From NCBI GenBank assembly GCA_965198065.1, contig CBDAON010000004.1:1472001-1536000 (forward strand): a stretch of DNA of 64,000 nt, read 5' to 3'. Position numbers and translations under genes: made by a program. The DNA comes from Longimicrobiales bacterium (GTDB taxonomy: Bacteria > Gemmatimonadota > Gemmatimonadetes > Longimicrobiales > Gaopeijiaceae). Positions 10,001 through 20,526 of this stretch are shown here, in pieces. Position 1 is the stretch's first letter. The number at the start of each line of letters is the position of its first letter. The notes beneath the pieces were generated by a model. The model was not told the origin of the DNA. It did no database searches and saw only the letters and a list, made by a program, of their open reading frames with translations.

Positions 10001-10483
10001 GTGATACCGCATCGTCCCCTTTCCCTCGTCGCGGCGACGTTCCTCCTCCTCTCCGTGCCGGCGTGTGGCGGCGACGCTCCCCCTGCAGAGTCGGGAGCCG
10101 AAACCGGCGCTCCCGGCACCGCCGCCAGCGCGCCCGAGACACCCAGCGAGATTCATGTCGAGCTCATGCCGACTCCCGACTACATCGCCGAAGGAACACT
10201 AACGCTCACCCGCAACGGGGATAACCTCGTGGCTCGGGCGTTCGTCGAGACGCATCTGAATCAGGGCGACTACGCGATGCACATCCACGAGGGCTTGTGC
10301 GCCGAAGGCGGCCGCGTCGTTGTCGCACTGACGTCGGTCGAGGGGCAGGAGCTGGGAGAGGGTGAGGCGACGACCACGTTCCCGGCCTCCGAGCTCTCCC
10401 CCACCGCGTCGTACTTCGTGTGGATCCATTCGCCAACGGGCGAACCCGTTGCGTGCGCCGACATTCCGCCGGTGAACCTGTAG
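10001..10483 (+). CDS. Lipoprotein with a Cu/Zn-SOD- or CHRD-like C-terminal domain
   Basis: Lipobox VPAC; MHIHEGLC and IH..VACADI. Confidence 0.6.
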   Translation: MIPHRPLSLVAATFLLLSVPACGGDAPPAESGAETGAPGTAASAPETPSEIHVELMPTPDYIAEGTLTLTRNGDNLVARAFVETHLNQGDYAMHIHEGLCAEGGRVVVALTSVEGQELGEGEATTTFPASELSPTASYFVWIHSPTGEPVACADIPPVNL

Positions 10484-10498
10484 TCTACGCAAGGACCT

Positions 10499-10536
10499 CC
10501 ACCGCGCCCCCGTCGCGCTCGCGGTGGGCGCGGTGG
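10499..10536. terminator. Hairpin between convergent genes
   Basis: CCACCGCGCCC...GGGCGCGGTGG inverted repeat. Confidence 0.5.
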
Positions 10537-10576
10537 CGCCGAGGGCTCTCGTCAAGCACCGGGCCGAGGGCTCTCG

Positions 10577-11692
10577 TCAAGCACCGGATTGAGGAGATCG
10601 AGACCGAGGCCGGCGTCCTTCGGAACTTCGTCGTAGCGGAGTGCGCAAGGAGGTAGGGGAAGCGGCTCTCCGAACAGCCGCCACCGCCTCCTGCGTGTCG
10701 GCCTCCGTGACGTCGAGGTGGAAGACGGTGCGCACCCGGTCCCTGTTCACCGGTAGCACAAGAACGCCCTCCCCCTCGAGCGCGCGGCAGAGCTCTGGGG
10801 CAGTTCCGATCCCGGGCACGACGTCGAAGAAGACCATGTTCGTCTCCACCTCGTCGGGGTCGGTCAGGATCCCCTCGATCCCCCCGATCCCCGCCGCGAA
10901 GGCGCGCGCGTTTCGGTGATCCTTCCCGAGCCGCTCCACGTTGTGGTCGAGCGCGTAGAGCGCCGCCGCCGCCACGATCCCCGACTGACGCATCGCCCCA
11001 CCGAACCGCTTCCGGAGCGCTCGCGCCCGCTCGATGGTCTCCCCATCACCCGCCACGACGGATCCGACAGGGGCCCCGAGGCCCTTCGAGAAGCACATGG
11101 CGACCGTGTCGAAGTGCTGCGTGTAGAGGGTGGCCTCGAGGCCCGTGGCCGCGCACGCGTTCAGGAGCCGGGCCCCGTCGAGATGACACCAGAGACCGAG
11201 CGCCCGGGCCTGGTCGGTCACGGTCTCGATCTGGGACAGCGGCCAGACGGATCCTCCCCCCCGGTTGTGCGAATTCTCCACGACGAGGAGCCGACTCCTC
11301 GGGACGTGTATGGATCGCGGGCGGAAGAGTCGGTCGACCTCGGCTGCCTCGAAGATCCCCCGCCGCCCTGGGGCGAGCCGGACCGAGCACCCCGCCACCG
11401 CTGCGAAGGCGCCCGACTCGTTCAAGTAGAAGTGGCTCTCCTCGTGGGCGATGATCTCGTCCCCAGGCGACGTCTGGGCCGCGATCGCACACAGGTTTGC
11501 CATCGTCCCGGAGGGGACGAAGACCGCAGCCTCCTTGCCGAAGAGCTCCGCCGCTCGCTCCTGAAGCCGAATAACGGTCGGGTCGTCCCCCAGCACGTCG
11601 TCTCCGACCTCCGCGCGAGCCATGGCTTCGCGCATCGCCGGAGACGGCTTCGTTACGGTGTCGCTTCGGAGATCGATCACGCCCTCAGCCAC
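10577..11692 (-). CDS. ltaE: Low-specificity L-threonine aldolase
   Basis: IDLRSDTVT, VGDDV, SGTMAN, HLDGARLLNA, CFSKGLGAPVG, GGAMRQSG. Confidence 0.93.
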   Translation of the reverse strand: MAEGVIDLRSDTVTKPSPAMREAMARAEVGDDVLGDDPTVIRLQERAAELFGKEAAVFVPSGTMANLCAIAAQTSPGDEIIAHEESHFYLNESGAFAAVAGCSVRLAPGRRGIFEAAEVDRLFRPRSIHVPRSRLLVVENSHNRGGGSVWPLSQIETVTDQARALGLWCHLDGARLLNACAATGLEATLYTQHFDTVAMCFSKGLGAPVGSVVAGDGETIERARALRKRFGGAMRQSGIVAAAALYALDHNVERLGKDHRNARAFAAGIGGIEGILTDPDEVETNMVFFDVVPGIGTAPELCRALEGEGVLVLPVNRDRVRTVFHLDVTEADTQEAVAAVRRAASPTSLRTPLRRSSEGRRPRSRSPQSGA

Positions 11693-11845
11693 CTCCGGTT
11701 GCCTGTCATCAGAGCCGCCTCGGATGATAACGCTCCCGGAGACTGGGAGCAGGCCGGGACCGAGTGCACCCCGGTGTCAACGAAGCCGCTTACCTAACGA
11801 CCCGGTCGTCACGCGCGTCCACGTGGCAGAACGACCCGTCAAAGG

Positions 11846-13201
11846 ATGACGCCGATGGACACGATACTCAGAGCGCTGAACCGCTTCGGGCTGGGGGCGA
11901 GGATCGGCGAGCGGGAGACGATCGGGGACCCCCGCTCCTGGCTCCTCGCACAGCTCGACGCGAGGCCCGGCTCCACCGTGGCCCCGGACCTTACCACGCT
12001 CGCGGAGGCGGGCGAGGCTCTCCAGGAACTCCGCCGGGCCCAGCGAGAGGACCCGGAAAGAGCGCGGGAAGCCAGAGCGGCCTTCCAGGGCATCCGGCGG
12101 GCCGAGATCTCCTTCGCCCTCGGTGAAAGGGTCGCCACGGAGACGCCGTTCGTCGAGCGACTCGTGGCCTTCTGGTCGAACCACCTGTGCGTGTCCGTCG
12201 TCGGCAAGCAGCCTCTGGTCGTGCTCGCGGGACTGTACGAACGGGAGGTCATCCGACCGCACGTGCTCGGCAGCTTCACGGACATGGTGCTCGCGTCAGC
12301 GCGACACCCGGCCATGCTCTTCTATCTCGACAACTTCCAGTCCATTGGCCCGACCTCCCGGGGCGCGAGCCTCGCGGCTCGGCGGCAGGGGCGGGAGCGC
12401 GGACTGAACGAGAACTATGCCCGGGAGCTCCTCGAGCTCCACACGCTCGGCGTGGACGGCGGGTACACCCAGGCGGACGTCGAGGCGCTGGCCCGGATCC
12501 TGACGGGCTGGACCCTGATCGGCGTCGGGCCGAGGGCTCCCGGGACGCTCCGGTTCCGGTTCGATCCCGCTCTGCACGAGCCGGGCTCGAAGACACTCCT
12601 CGGGGTCACGTATCAGGAGGGAGGGGAGGCCGAGGGGGAAGCCGCGATCCGGGCTCTGGCCGTGCACCCCTCGACCGCGCGGTTCGTCGCGACCAAGCTG
12701 GTACGCCACTTCGTCGCGGACGTCCCTCCCCCCGCCGCCATCGACCGCGTCGAAGAGGTGTTCGTCCGAAGTGGCGGGAACCTGAAACAGGTCGCGGCCG
12801 CCCTGGTGGAGCTCGAAGAGGCCTGGGAGCCCACGATGCAGAAACTCCGTACGCCGCAGGAGTGGCTCACGGCCGTGCTCCGGGCGACCGGCGTCCGTGC
12901 GCCCCAGGTCGCACAGGTGCTCGAGCCGCTCCGGCACCCGTTCTGGGCACCCCCGTCTCCCAAGGGCTACGGGGACACAGTGAGGGACTGGACGGATCCC
13001 GACGGGCTCATGAATCGGGCCGAGCTGTCCCGAACCCTCGTCCGGCGGCTCGGGCGAGCGGGACTCGACCCGGCCGGTTTCCTGGACGTCGTGGACGTGC
13101 CGCCCGACGACCCGCTTCGCTCCACCCTGACAGACTCGTCGATCCCGGCGGACGAGCGGATCGCGCTCGCCATCGCGGGCCCGGCGTTCCACTGGAGGTG
13201 A
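11846..13201 (+). CDS. DUF1800 family protein
   Basis: ERLVAFWSNH, HPAMLFYLDN, NENYARELLELHTLG..YTQADV. Confidence 0.92.
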   Translation: MTPMDTILRALNRFGLGARIGERETIGDPRSWLLAQLDARPGSTVAPDLTTLAEAGEALQELRRAQREDPERAREARAAFQGIRRAEISFALGERVATETPFVERLVAFWSNHLCVSVVGKQPLVVLAGLYEREVIRPHVLGSFTDMVLASARHPAMLFYLDNFQSIGPTSRGASLAARRQGRERGLNENYARELLELHTLGVDGGYTQADVEALARILTGWTLIGVGPRAPGTLRFRFDPALHEPGSKTLLGVTYQEGGEAEGEAAIRALAVHPSTARFVATKLVRHFVADVPPPAAIDRVEEVFVRSGGNLKQVAAALVELEEAWEPTMQKLRTPQEWLTAVLRATGVRAPQVAQVLEPLRHPFWAPPSPKGYGDTVRDWTDPDGLMNRAELSRTLVRRLGRAGLDPAGFLDVVDVPPDDPLRSTLTDSSIPADERIALAIAGPAFHWR

Positions 13202-13203
13202 CG

Positions 13204-13990
13204 ATGGACAGGAGAGTGTTCATCCGCGGCATGTGCTATGGGGGCTCGCGACGTTCGCGGCGCCGCTCGTCACCTTCGCGCAGGTCCCGGCCCACGGGCG
13301 CTTCGTTTTCGTGCTTCTCAGGGGAGGCTTCGACGGGCTCGCCGCCGTAGTCCCGGTCGGAGACCCCGGGTACGCTGCACTTCGCGGGAGCATGGCGTTC
13401 ACCGCGGACAACCTAATGCCCCTGACGGGCCCCTTCGCGCTCGCCCTGGGACTCGCCCCACTGAAGGAGCTCTGGGACGCAGATGAGTTGGTGGCGATCC
13501 ACGCGCTCGCGATCCCGTACCGCACGCGGAGCCACTTTGACGGACAGGCCGTGCTGGAGACCGGGCTCGACCAGCCCGTCGGCTCCTCCGACGGCTGGCT
13601 GAACCGGCTTCTCCAGGTCATGGAGGGGGAACGCTCGGGGATTGCCGTGTCCGCCGGGCTGCCCCGCTCCCTCACGGGGCCGCACCCCGTTCTGACCTGG
13701 TCACCCGCGCAGCTCGGGATCGTGGAGGACGAGTACCTCGAGAGGCTGCGCTTCCTCTATCAGGGAGACCCCGTCCTTCACGACCACTTCGAGTCGGCGA
13801 TCCAGCTCCGCACCCTCCAGGAGGAACAGGGCACGATGGGCGCAGCCGGCCCGGCGGGTCGGGCGGCGGGCAACCGCATGGCGCCTATTATGGGTGCGGT
13901 CGCTCGATTCCTGAAGGAGCCGACGGGCCCGAACCTCGCCGCGGTTGAGTTCAGCGGATGGGACACGCACGCGAACCAGGGGATGACGGT
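13204..13990 (+). pseudogene. DUF1501 family protein; frameshift in a G-run at ~13240 and truncation at the island boundary
   Basis: MDRRVFI Tat-like start; LRGGFDGL, RSHFDGQ, GWLNR, GWDTHANQG, then an abrupt switch to AT-rich sequence. Confidence 0.85.
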
Positions 13991-14195
13991 TGCTCTACTG
14001 TCTATCCTGTTCCTATGTCGTCATAAGTATATGACTCATAGTTAGTTATAGACGTGATAGGCTTGGGTCCTCCTCGTTTCTGTCGTATATGATCCCGTAT
14101 ATTTTTAGCGCGATGACATGGGACCGTACGGTACGTTGGCGGAACCCGTGACAGGTGCGACCTTGGACGCCGCGGGCGTCGCGAGGGGCTGAGAC

Positions 14196-15330
14196 GCTAG
14201 ATTTACTTGGCTGGACCAGGATGTGCCGTTCGGCCAGCCACCCCGCCTCATCGAGCAGGGCACCAAATGACGGAGCGGAAACCACAGCAGAGACACCCGG
14301 GGGACACGTCGCACCTGAGTCACCTTCGGGGCGAGGACTTCACGGACGAGAACGGCGTCTACGACTTTGAGGCGGCGGCGTACGCGGTGTGGAAGGCGCG
14401 GGAGGCTGCCGGTCTGAACTATCAGCCCCGCAGGCAGCCGGCCAAGGAGGAGCCAGACAACATCGGCATGGGGAACCGCGAGCGGGAGCGGGAGGCTTAC
14501 GTGATCCTCGGCCCCCCCGGTGCCGGCAAGTCCAGCGCCGTCGCCAACCGGCTCGTTGCCGAACACGGAGGCCTCGAGATCAATTGGCATTTCGCGGCGG
14601 AGCGCCTTCCCGAGTTCATGGACGGCATCAACGCGCAGGGGGTCCACCTTGAGTCCGTAGACATCGTCGACGCGGTGCTCAAGCGAGCCATGGAGAACGG
14701 TGACAACGTTGTCCTCCCGCGGGTCGGTAGTGAGACTGGTTACGTCCAAGAGCTTCTAGACAAGCTGAAGGAAGCCGGATACACAACGGAGCTCTACCTG
14801 GTCGATCTCGCCCCCATGCTGGCAGCCGGTCGCGTCGTGACACGCTTCTTCGAGACGGGCCTGTTCGTCGACCCAGCGTATGTACTCAATAGGGTCGGGA
14901 CGAAGCCACGTGAGTCGTTTGAGGAGTTAAAAGGCCACCCCGCAGTTGCTAGATTTACTTGGTTGGATCAGGATGTTCCGTTCGGTCAACCACCCAACGT
15001 GGTAGAGGAGGGAGAAAACAACCCCGAGGGACCCAGCTGACTTTTCGTACCTGAAGGATCTCCGGACGGGGGACTTCAAGATGCCGGACGCACCCTGGAT
15101 CTCGAGGCGATAGAGTAGAGGAAGCGGCGGAGGAGTAGTTCCCCTAGGAGTCCACCCGCTCGCGCCGACCGCCCGGGTCTCAGAGCAGCTCTGCAGCGCG
15201 GGCAAATTCCAGGCAGGCACGGCACGCGAGGCCCCGAAGGCGACGGCCATCGGGCGCCATCTCCAGATTTACTTGGCTGGATCAGGACGTTCCGTTCGGT
15301 CAGCCTCCCCATCTCATCGAGGAAATGAAA
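14196..15330 (+). repeat. Three copies (~14196, ~14948, ~15262) of a ~60-bp segment encoding RFTWLDQDVPFGQPP
   Basis: AGATTTACTTGGyTGGAyCAGGAyGTkCCGTTCGGyCArCCwCCC seen three times; differences are synonymous. Confidence 0.92.
14267..15040 (+). CDS. Zeta-toxin-like P-loop kinase with a ~60-aa N-terminal module
   Basis: ILGPPGAGKSS Walker A, LPEF..VHLES, GDNVVLP, GY..ELYLV..A.RVVTRF. Confidence 0.65.
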   Translation: MTERKPQQRHPGDTSHLSHLRGEDFTDENGVYDFEAAAYAVWKAREAAGLNYQPRRQPAKEEPDNIGMGNREREREAYVILGPPGAGKSSAVANRLVAEHGGLEINWHFAAERLPEFMDGINAQGVHLESVDIVDAVLKRAMENGDNVVLPRVGSETGYVQELLDKLKEAGYTTELYLVDLAPMLAAGRVVTRFFETGLFVDPAYVLNRVGTKPRESFEELKGHPAVARFTWLDQDVPFGQPPNVVEEGENNPEGPS

Positions 15331-15401
15331 TGGCGGCCCAGCTGACAAGTGGCTGTGACTGTCAACCGGGTTAGCTGTAGGGGAATGGGATACCTGCTCC
15401 A

Positions 15402-15473
15402 ATGACCAGCCGTTTTGAACACGCCCTCGTGTTCACCGCGCAACTCCACCGAGAGCAGCGGAGGAAGGGCTCT
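15402..15473 (+). pseudogene. N-terminal fragment of an HD-domain (small alarmone hydrolase / Mesh1-like) protein
   Basis: MTSRFEHALVFTAQLHREQRRKGS, then breaks into a GAGTCCGG short repeat. Confidence 0.6.
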
Positions 15474-15623
15474 AGCGTTGAGTCCGGGAGTCCGGGAGTC
15501 CGTGAGTCCGAGGCCGTCGGGTGGGGTAGCAAACCAGCACGAGCCAGCGGCCGGCGCCACTGTCAGAGTCCACCGTGGGGAGGTAGTTCTGAGAACGCAT
15601 TCTAGTGAAGATTTCCGTACTGA

Positions 15624-18175
15624 GTGCAGGCCATCGTGAGCGACTCACAGGAGAGTGGCGAGACCTCGATTCCTTACTTCAGGGAGATCGTCAGGCACGA
15701 TCCCTACCCGTGGCAGCGGTGCTTGTATAAAAGGTTTGTCGAAGGGAGTGTCCCCAAAGCCTTGGATATCCCGACCGGCTTGGGCAAGACCCTTTGCGTG
15801 CTTCTTTTCCTACTCGCACGGATCCGGAATACTGCACTACCCACGCGGGTCATCTACATCGTTGACAGGCGCGCCATCGTCGATCAGACAGCGACCGCAA
15901 TCCGGACATGGATCGAACGCATTGCCGAGTTGCCAGAGTTCGCGGGAGTGCTCGACGCGACTTCCGCGTTCTCGTCCGATCTTCCCGTCCAACTCGGCGT
16001 TTTGCGAGGCGGCTTAGCGGACGATGGCGAGTGGCGAATCGATCCCGCCAGACCGGCGGTCGTCGTCGGTACTGTCGATATGATCGGGTCCCGTATGATG
16101 TTCTCAGGTTACGGAGACGGGCGATCACGCCGACCGATGCATGCGGGACTCTTGGGCCATGACAGCATCGTCATGCTGGACGAGGCCCATTTATCGCCGG
16201 CGATGGCGGTACTCATCCACACCATCAATCAGCTCCAGAGCCACCTGATGTTCCAGACCATGACGCTGTCGGCGACGAGCACCGATACCGAAAGCGTGTT
16301 TCAACTCCTTCCCGAGGACGAGGCCAATCCCGCAGTTCGTAGCCGCCTTCATTCGGTCAAGACACAGAGTCTCCATCAGGTCGGGAAACCCGTGGATCGG
16401 GTCGGCCGCATTTGTGAGGTGGCCACCGCTCATAAATCTGGCTCCGTCGCGGTGTTTACCCGAACTGTCGCGGATGCCGAGAAGATTGCGGCGAAGCTGA
16501 TCAGCATACTCGACGATGGCTTCGAGCGCGTTGCACTACTGACGGGGACGCTCTGCGGGAAAGAACGCGCCGAGCTGGCAGATGGAACGGTCTGGCGGAG
16601 CTTCCTTCCGAATCGGGACCGTGACGCGAGTGCTCCCTCCGTCTACCTGGTGATGACCTCGGCCGGCGAAGTCGGAGTCGATCTGGATGCCGATCACGGT
16701 GTCATGGATCTCAGCACGCTCGATTCGATGATTCAGCGCGTTGGCCGAGTGAACCGACTGGGCCTGACGGAGGCGGACGTTGCGATCGTCTTCACGGAGC
16801 AAGAGGCGGTGGAGTCACCGGCAGAGCCGAAGACGCACAGCCAAAGACTTGCTGCGGCTCGTACGAAGACACTGAAAGTACTTGGGCAGCTTCCCGACCT
16901 CTCTCCTGCGACTCTTCGAGGCCTGGACAAGCAAGTCCTCGAAGAGTGCTGTGTACCACCAGCGCGCCCAGCTCGGCTGCACGCGGAAGTGGTCGAGGCA
17001 TTCGCGGCGACGTCCGCCACGCTCCAGCTCCCTCATGTCTCGATCTATCTGCACGGAGTGTCGGATCAGCCCGATCCGCCCGAGAGCTTTCTGATTTGGC
17101 GCTGGGACGTGGCGCACCTGGTCCAGCTCGGAAACGATGCGGCTGCAGAGGCAATCGCTTTCTTTCGGCCGAGCGCCGATGAGGTCGCTCGTGTGCCAGC
17201 ACGGGTGGCGCAGGACTTGATCCTGTCTGCTCTTGAACGGCAAGGGGCGAGGGGGTGATCGTGGTCGAACCGGGGGGCGATGTCCGTGCTGTCCTGTTGA
17301 TGAGCGAGGACGAACTCTCTTTGCTCGACTACGCGACTGTTTTTCTGCCAACGACTGCCGGAGGCTTGGAATCCTCTGGTCTCCCCTCGAAATTGGCGAG
17401 ACACGAGGTTTCCGACGTCGGTGACAGTGATGATCGGGTTCGTTACGTGGACGCGAGTGGTGATGGGGATGTCGAGGGTGATGAGAGTGAACAGGCACTT
17501 CCAGCTTGGTTGGATCAGGCCATCGAGCTTCGAGTCCCATTACATGACGTCAATGAAGACGACGAGGAACGTTTTCTGGTCTACGCACTACGCCGTTCCG
17601 ATCCGGCGCTCCAAACCGGTGAGAGCAATCTGACCTGGATCGGGGCCTCTACCCAGACTGTGGATGAGCACTGCGCTCTTGTCGGCGCTGCCGCTCGGCG
17701 GATTGGCGCAGCACTCTCACTCCCCGATCATGAAGTTGATGCGTTGGAAGCAGCCGGTCGCTGGCATGACCGCGGCAAGGCGAGGAAGGTGTGGCAACGG
17801 GCTGCCGGCGTTCCCGCCAATGGTCCCCTCCTCGTGAAATCGAGGAAGGGGCGTTTCCGTCCGGCGTTACTCGGTGGCTATCGCCATGAGTTCGGCTCTC
17901 TCGCCGAAGCGGAGCGGGAAATCCCGGTGAAATCTCCCAATCGCGAGCTCATCTTGCACCTGATCGCCTCTCACCACGGGCGGGCACGGCCAGGCTTTCC
18001 CCAGTCTCGACAGTGGGACCCGGATGTTCCCTCCGCGTTGAACCGACGGCTCGCCATCGAAGCGGCGAACCGCTTTGCAAGCCTTCAGGCCGAGTATGGG
18101 CCGTGGCGACTCGCATGGTTGGAGGCTCTCCTGAAGGCTGCGGATGTCTACGTGTCGAGTCGCAATGGGAAGTGA
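15624..18175 (+). pseudogene. cas3: Type I-G (I-U) Cas3 helicase with C-terminal HD nuclease, split by a frameshift at ~17255
   Basis: PYPWQ, PTGLGKT, VDRR, GTVDMIGSR, DEAHL, EVGVDLD, QRVGRVNR; downstream ORF has HDRGK, RHEFGS, SHHGRARP. Confidence 0.88.
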
Positions 18176-18806
18176 GGGCGTAATGGAGTGGCACATCGAT
18201 CCCCGCAATCCCGGAGAAGTATTCGCGTGTGCCGGATTCGCACATCTCGCCTGGCGCGCAGACCCGAAACTAAAAACCGGCTTCGAGTCGAACGATCGAT
18301 TCCGCTTCGTGACTCCGGATCTCTCGGCGGTGCTCGACCGTCTGGCGGAAGCATCTCTTGAAGGGACAGAGGACGGACTCCGCTTCGCCGGCGTCGAACT
18401 CGACTGGTGGCGGGAATGGGGGTTGAATCCCGGACTCAAGAACTGGGCGGGGCAGCAATCCGCGCTGACGGTTCACGAGTCCCTACTCCGTGCTGCAGAA
18501 GGATCAAGCCCGGCCGACTGGCTCACTCATGCGGCTCCGACCACCGGCCGACTCAATCTCGACACCGACGGGACTTGGAACGCTCTGCATATGGGTTGGA
18601 GCTTGAACGAACATCAAGAGGCCAGGATGGTTTGTCGGCCCTGGGTCGAACTCCTAGCTTCGATCGGACTCCAAGCCTTTCCCGTCGAAGGCCGTAGATC
18701 GGAGCGCCGTTTCAGTTACAGCCTATATGGCGAGTGCGGTCGCCGTGGCGGCCGCCAACCGTCTACGCTGTCGAGTGCAGTTGCCGCCTTTGGCGGCTAC
18801 GGGCCA
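18165..18806 (+). pseudogene. cas8g: Type I-G Cas8g2-like protein, 3' end joined to cas7
   Basis: DPRNPGEVFACAG, LKNWAG, GWSLN, VELLASIGLQ; lies between cas3 and cas7. Confidence 0.65.
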
Positions 18807-19195
18807 AGCCAACTCCGAGATCCTCGCTTTGACGTTCAGGCAAAGATTGGAGCCGATCGAAGGCCCCGATGTGCCGGTATTCCCTCCGACCTACCCAGCT
18901 CCAGAGCGAGGGCAGCACCGCTTCGAAACCCCCTATACCGTCAACGAAACTAAGGACGGTACTCGGATCTGCGATCTCGATTCCGTTCAGTCGCAAGCAA
19001 ACCGGATGGAGGCGGCCTTCACGACCGACCTCGCCGACATCGTTCCTCAGCACGTCGTAAAGGCAGGCACTCATCAGGTTGCGCTCACTGAGTTGCCACA
19101 CCGGATCGTCGATGCATCGATACGGGCCACCGATCTCGCTGACAGCATCCACCAGTGCATGCTGGACGTCAGCTCGGGAGACCCGGTACCCCTCG
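18807..19195 (+). pseudogene. cas7: Type I-G Cas7 (Csb1) N-terminal fragment
   Basis: LEPIEG..VFPPTY, LDSVQSQANRME, LPHRIVDA; truncated. Confidence 0.85.
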
Positions 19196-19338
19196 AGGAC
19201 ACACGAGCAAAGTCTGCGCTCCGAACAGCCCTGCAGGCTCACCGTGGAAAACTAGGCAATGTTGATCCCAAAGCGCTGGCCGCGTAGTGGTCGGACCGCA
19301 CCGACGCGGCGCATGTCAATATCCGTCGGGACGACCCC

Positions 19339-20196
19339 TCACTCGCCGAGCAGGTACTTGAAGCCGAGCATCATCGACCAGGGATTGATGCGACTGATTT
19401 CGGTGTCGTTCATTATGGGAAACGGATGCACCTCGTAAGGACTCGTGTCCACAAGGTCGTCGACCCAGCTGTAGGACGCCTTCAGGCCGAGTAGGAGCTT
19501 GTCGCCCAGACGATAGTCGGTGCCGGCAAAGAGCTGCTTGGAAAGACCGCTGTCGGACAGATCAACGTCCTGCAGACTGTTGTACTCCGCCGCGGGACGA
19601 CCGCCGCATGGCTGACTAATGCACGAGTATTCGCTGCTGAAATACAGCCCCGACAGCTCGACGAAGGACAGGCCCAGCCCGGCGCCCAGGTAAAGCATGA
19701 CCCGGCTTTCTGCGAACGCGAAGTCGTGATAGGCGTTCAGGAACAGCGCGCGCGCGGCCAAGGCATCGACCCTGGTGGTGTTGGTCGACGTATAGTTGCT
19801 GTCTTCGTTAGGCAGGATCGGAGATCCATCGAGAAAGGTAATGTCGGTGAATTCTTGCTCGATGTTGTTCGATCGCTGGGAGACCGACACCTCCACGCGC
19901 ACGTCGCCGAAATTTCGACCGACGGCGACTTCAAAAGCAGTACCCAGATCCGAGGGAAGGTCGTAAAACCAGCGGTAGCCCTCGGGCGTGCCGCTGCAAA
20001 GGTCATTCGGGTAACAGATATTGTCCCGGTTATGGCCCGCCTGCTTCATCACGGGATTCCAGTTCGTCCCGCCGCTCGCGCTCACGTACCACCCGTAAGA
20101 CCCCGGCTGTTGACCCGCACCTTGTTCCGCTCGGCCGAGCAGGGTGCAGATCGCAAGCGTGGCTCCGAAGGCATGTAACTGCCAGGACAAAGGCAT
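19339..20196 (-). CDS. Outer-membrane beta-barrel protein (Opa/Msp2-like)
   Basis: Signal peptide, WYVSASGG, NAYHDF..YLGAGLG, C-terminal LGFKY. Confidence 0.7.
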   Translation of the reverse strand: MPLSWQLHAFGATLAICTLLGRAEQGAGQQPGSYGWYVSASGGTNWNPVMKQAGHNRDNICYPNDLCSGTPEGYRWFYDLPSDLGTAFEVAVGRNFGDVRVEVSVSQRSNNIEQEFTDITFLDGSPILPNEDSNYTSTNTTRVDALAARALFLNAYHDFAFAESRVMLYLGAGLGLSFVELSGLYFSSEYSCISQPCGGRPAAEYNSLQDVDLSDSGLSKQLFAGTDYRLGDKLLLGLKASYSWVDDLVDTSPYEVHPFPIMNDTEISRINPWSMMLGFKYLLGE

Positions 20197-20272
20197 TTGA
20201 GTCACCTCCAGTTGGAGTCCGATGGCCTTCATTTGAGGATACCGCCTCCCAAGGACCCCGATCAACGGATCC

Positions 20273-20314
20273 TGACCTGCCCCCGAGAGTGGTACCGCTC
20301 TTGGGGGTGGGTCA
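20273..20314. mobile_element. 42-bp imperfect palindrome: two fused IS3-type inverted repeats
   Basis: TGACCTGCCCCCGAGAGTGGTACCGCTCTTGGGGGTGGGTCA; halves match the IS end at 33579-33604. Confidence 0.65.
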
Positions 20315-20526
20315 AAGCCTCCCTCAAGTAAGGTTTTGTTGACTTCCATCGTGCGCGAAGTACACTGCTTCGACAGGGTGGCTGGGGAACTCGGTGCTTG
20401 GCCCGGGTTCGGTCAGATCGCCGATTGCGATTGAAGGTGGCCCGTGAACCCGGGTGACGGTTGGTGCGCGATCAGCCGCATCGTCTTTCTGGAGAGCTCA
20501 TCATAAAGAGTAAAGCTCTCTCACGT

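Noticed and set aside
14196..15330. Diversity-generating retroelement (TR/VR pair)
   Set aside because: Differences are synonymous and not adenine-specific; no reverse transcriptase in the window
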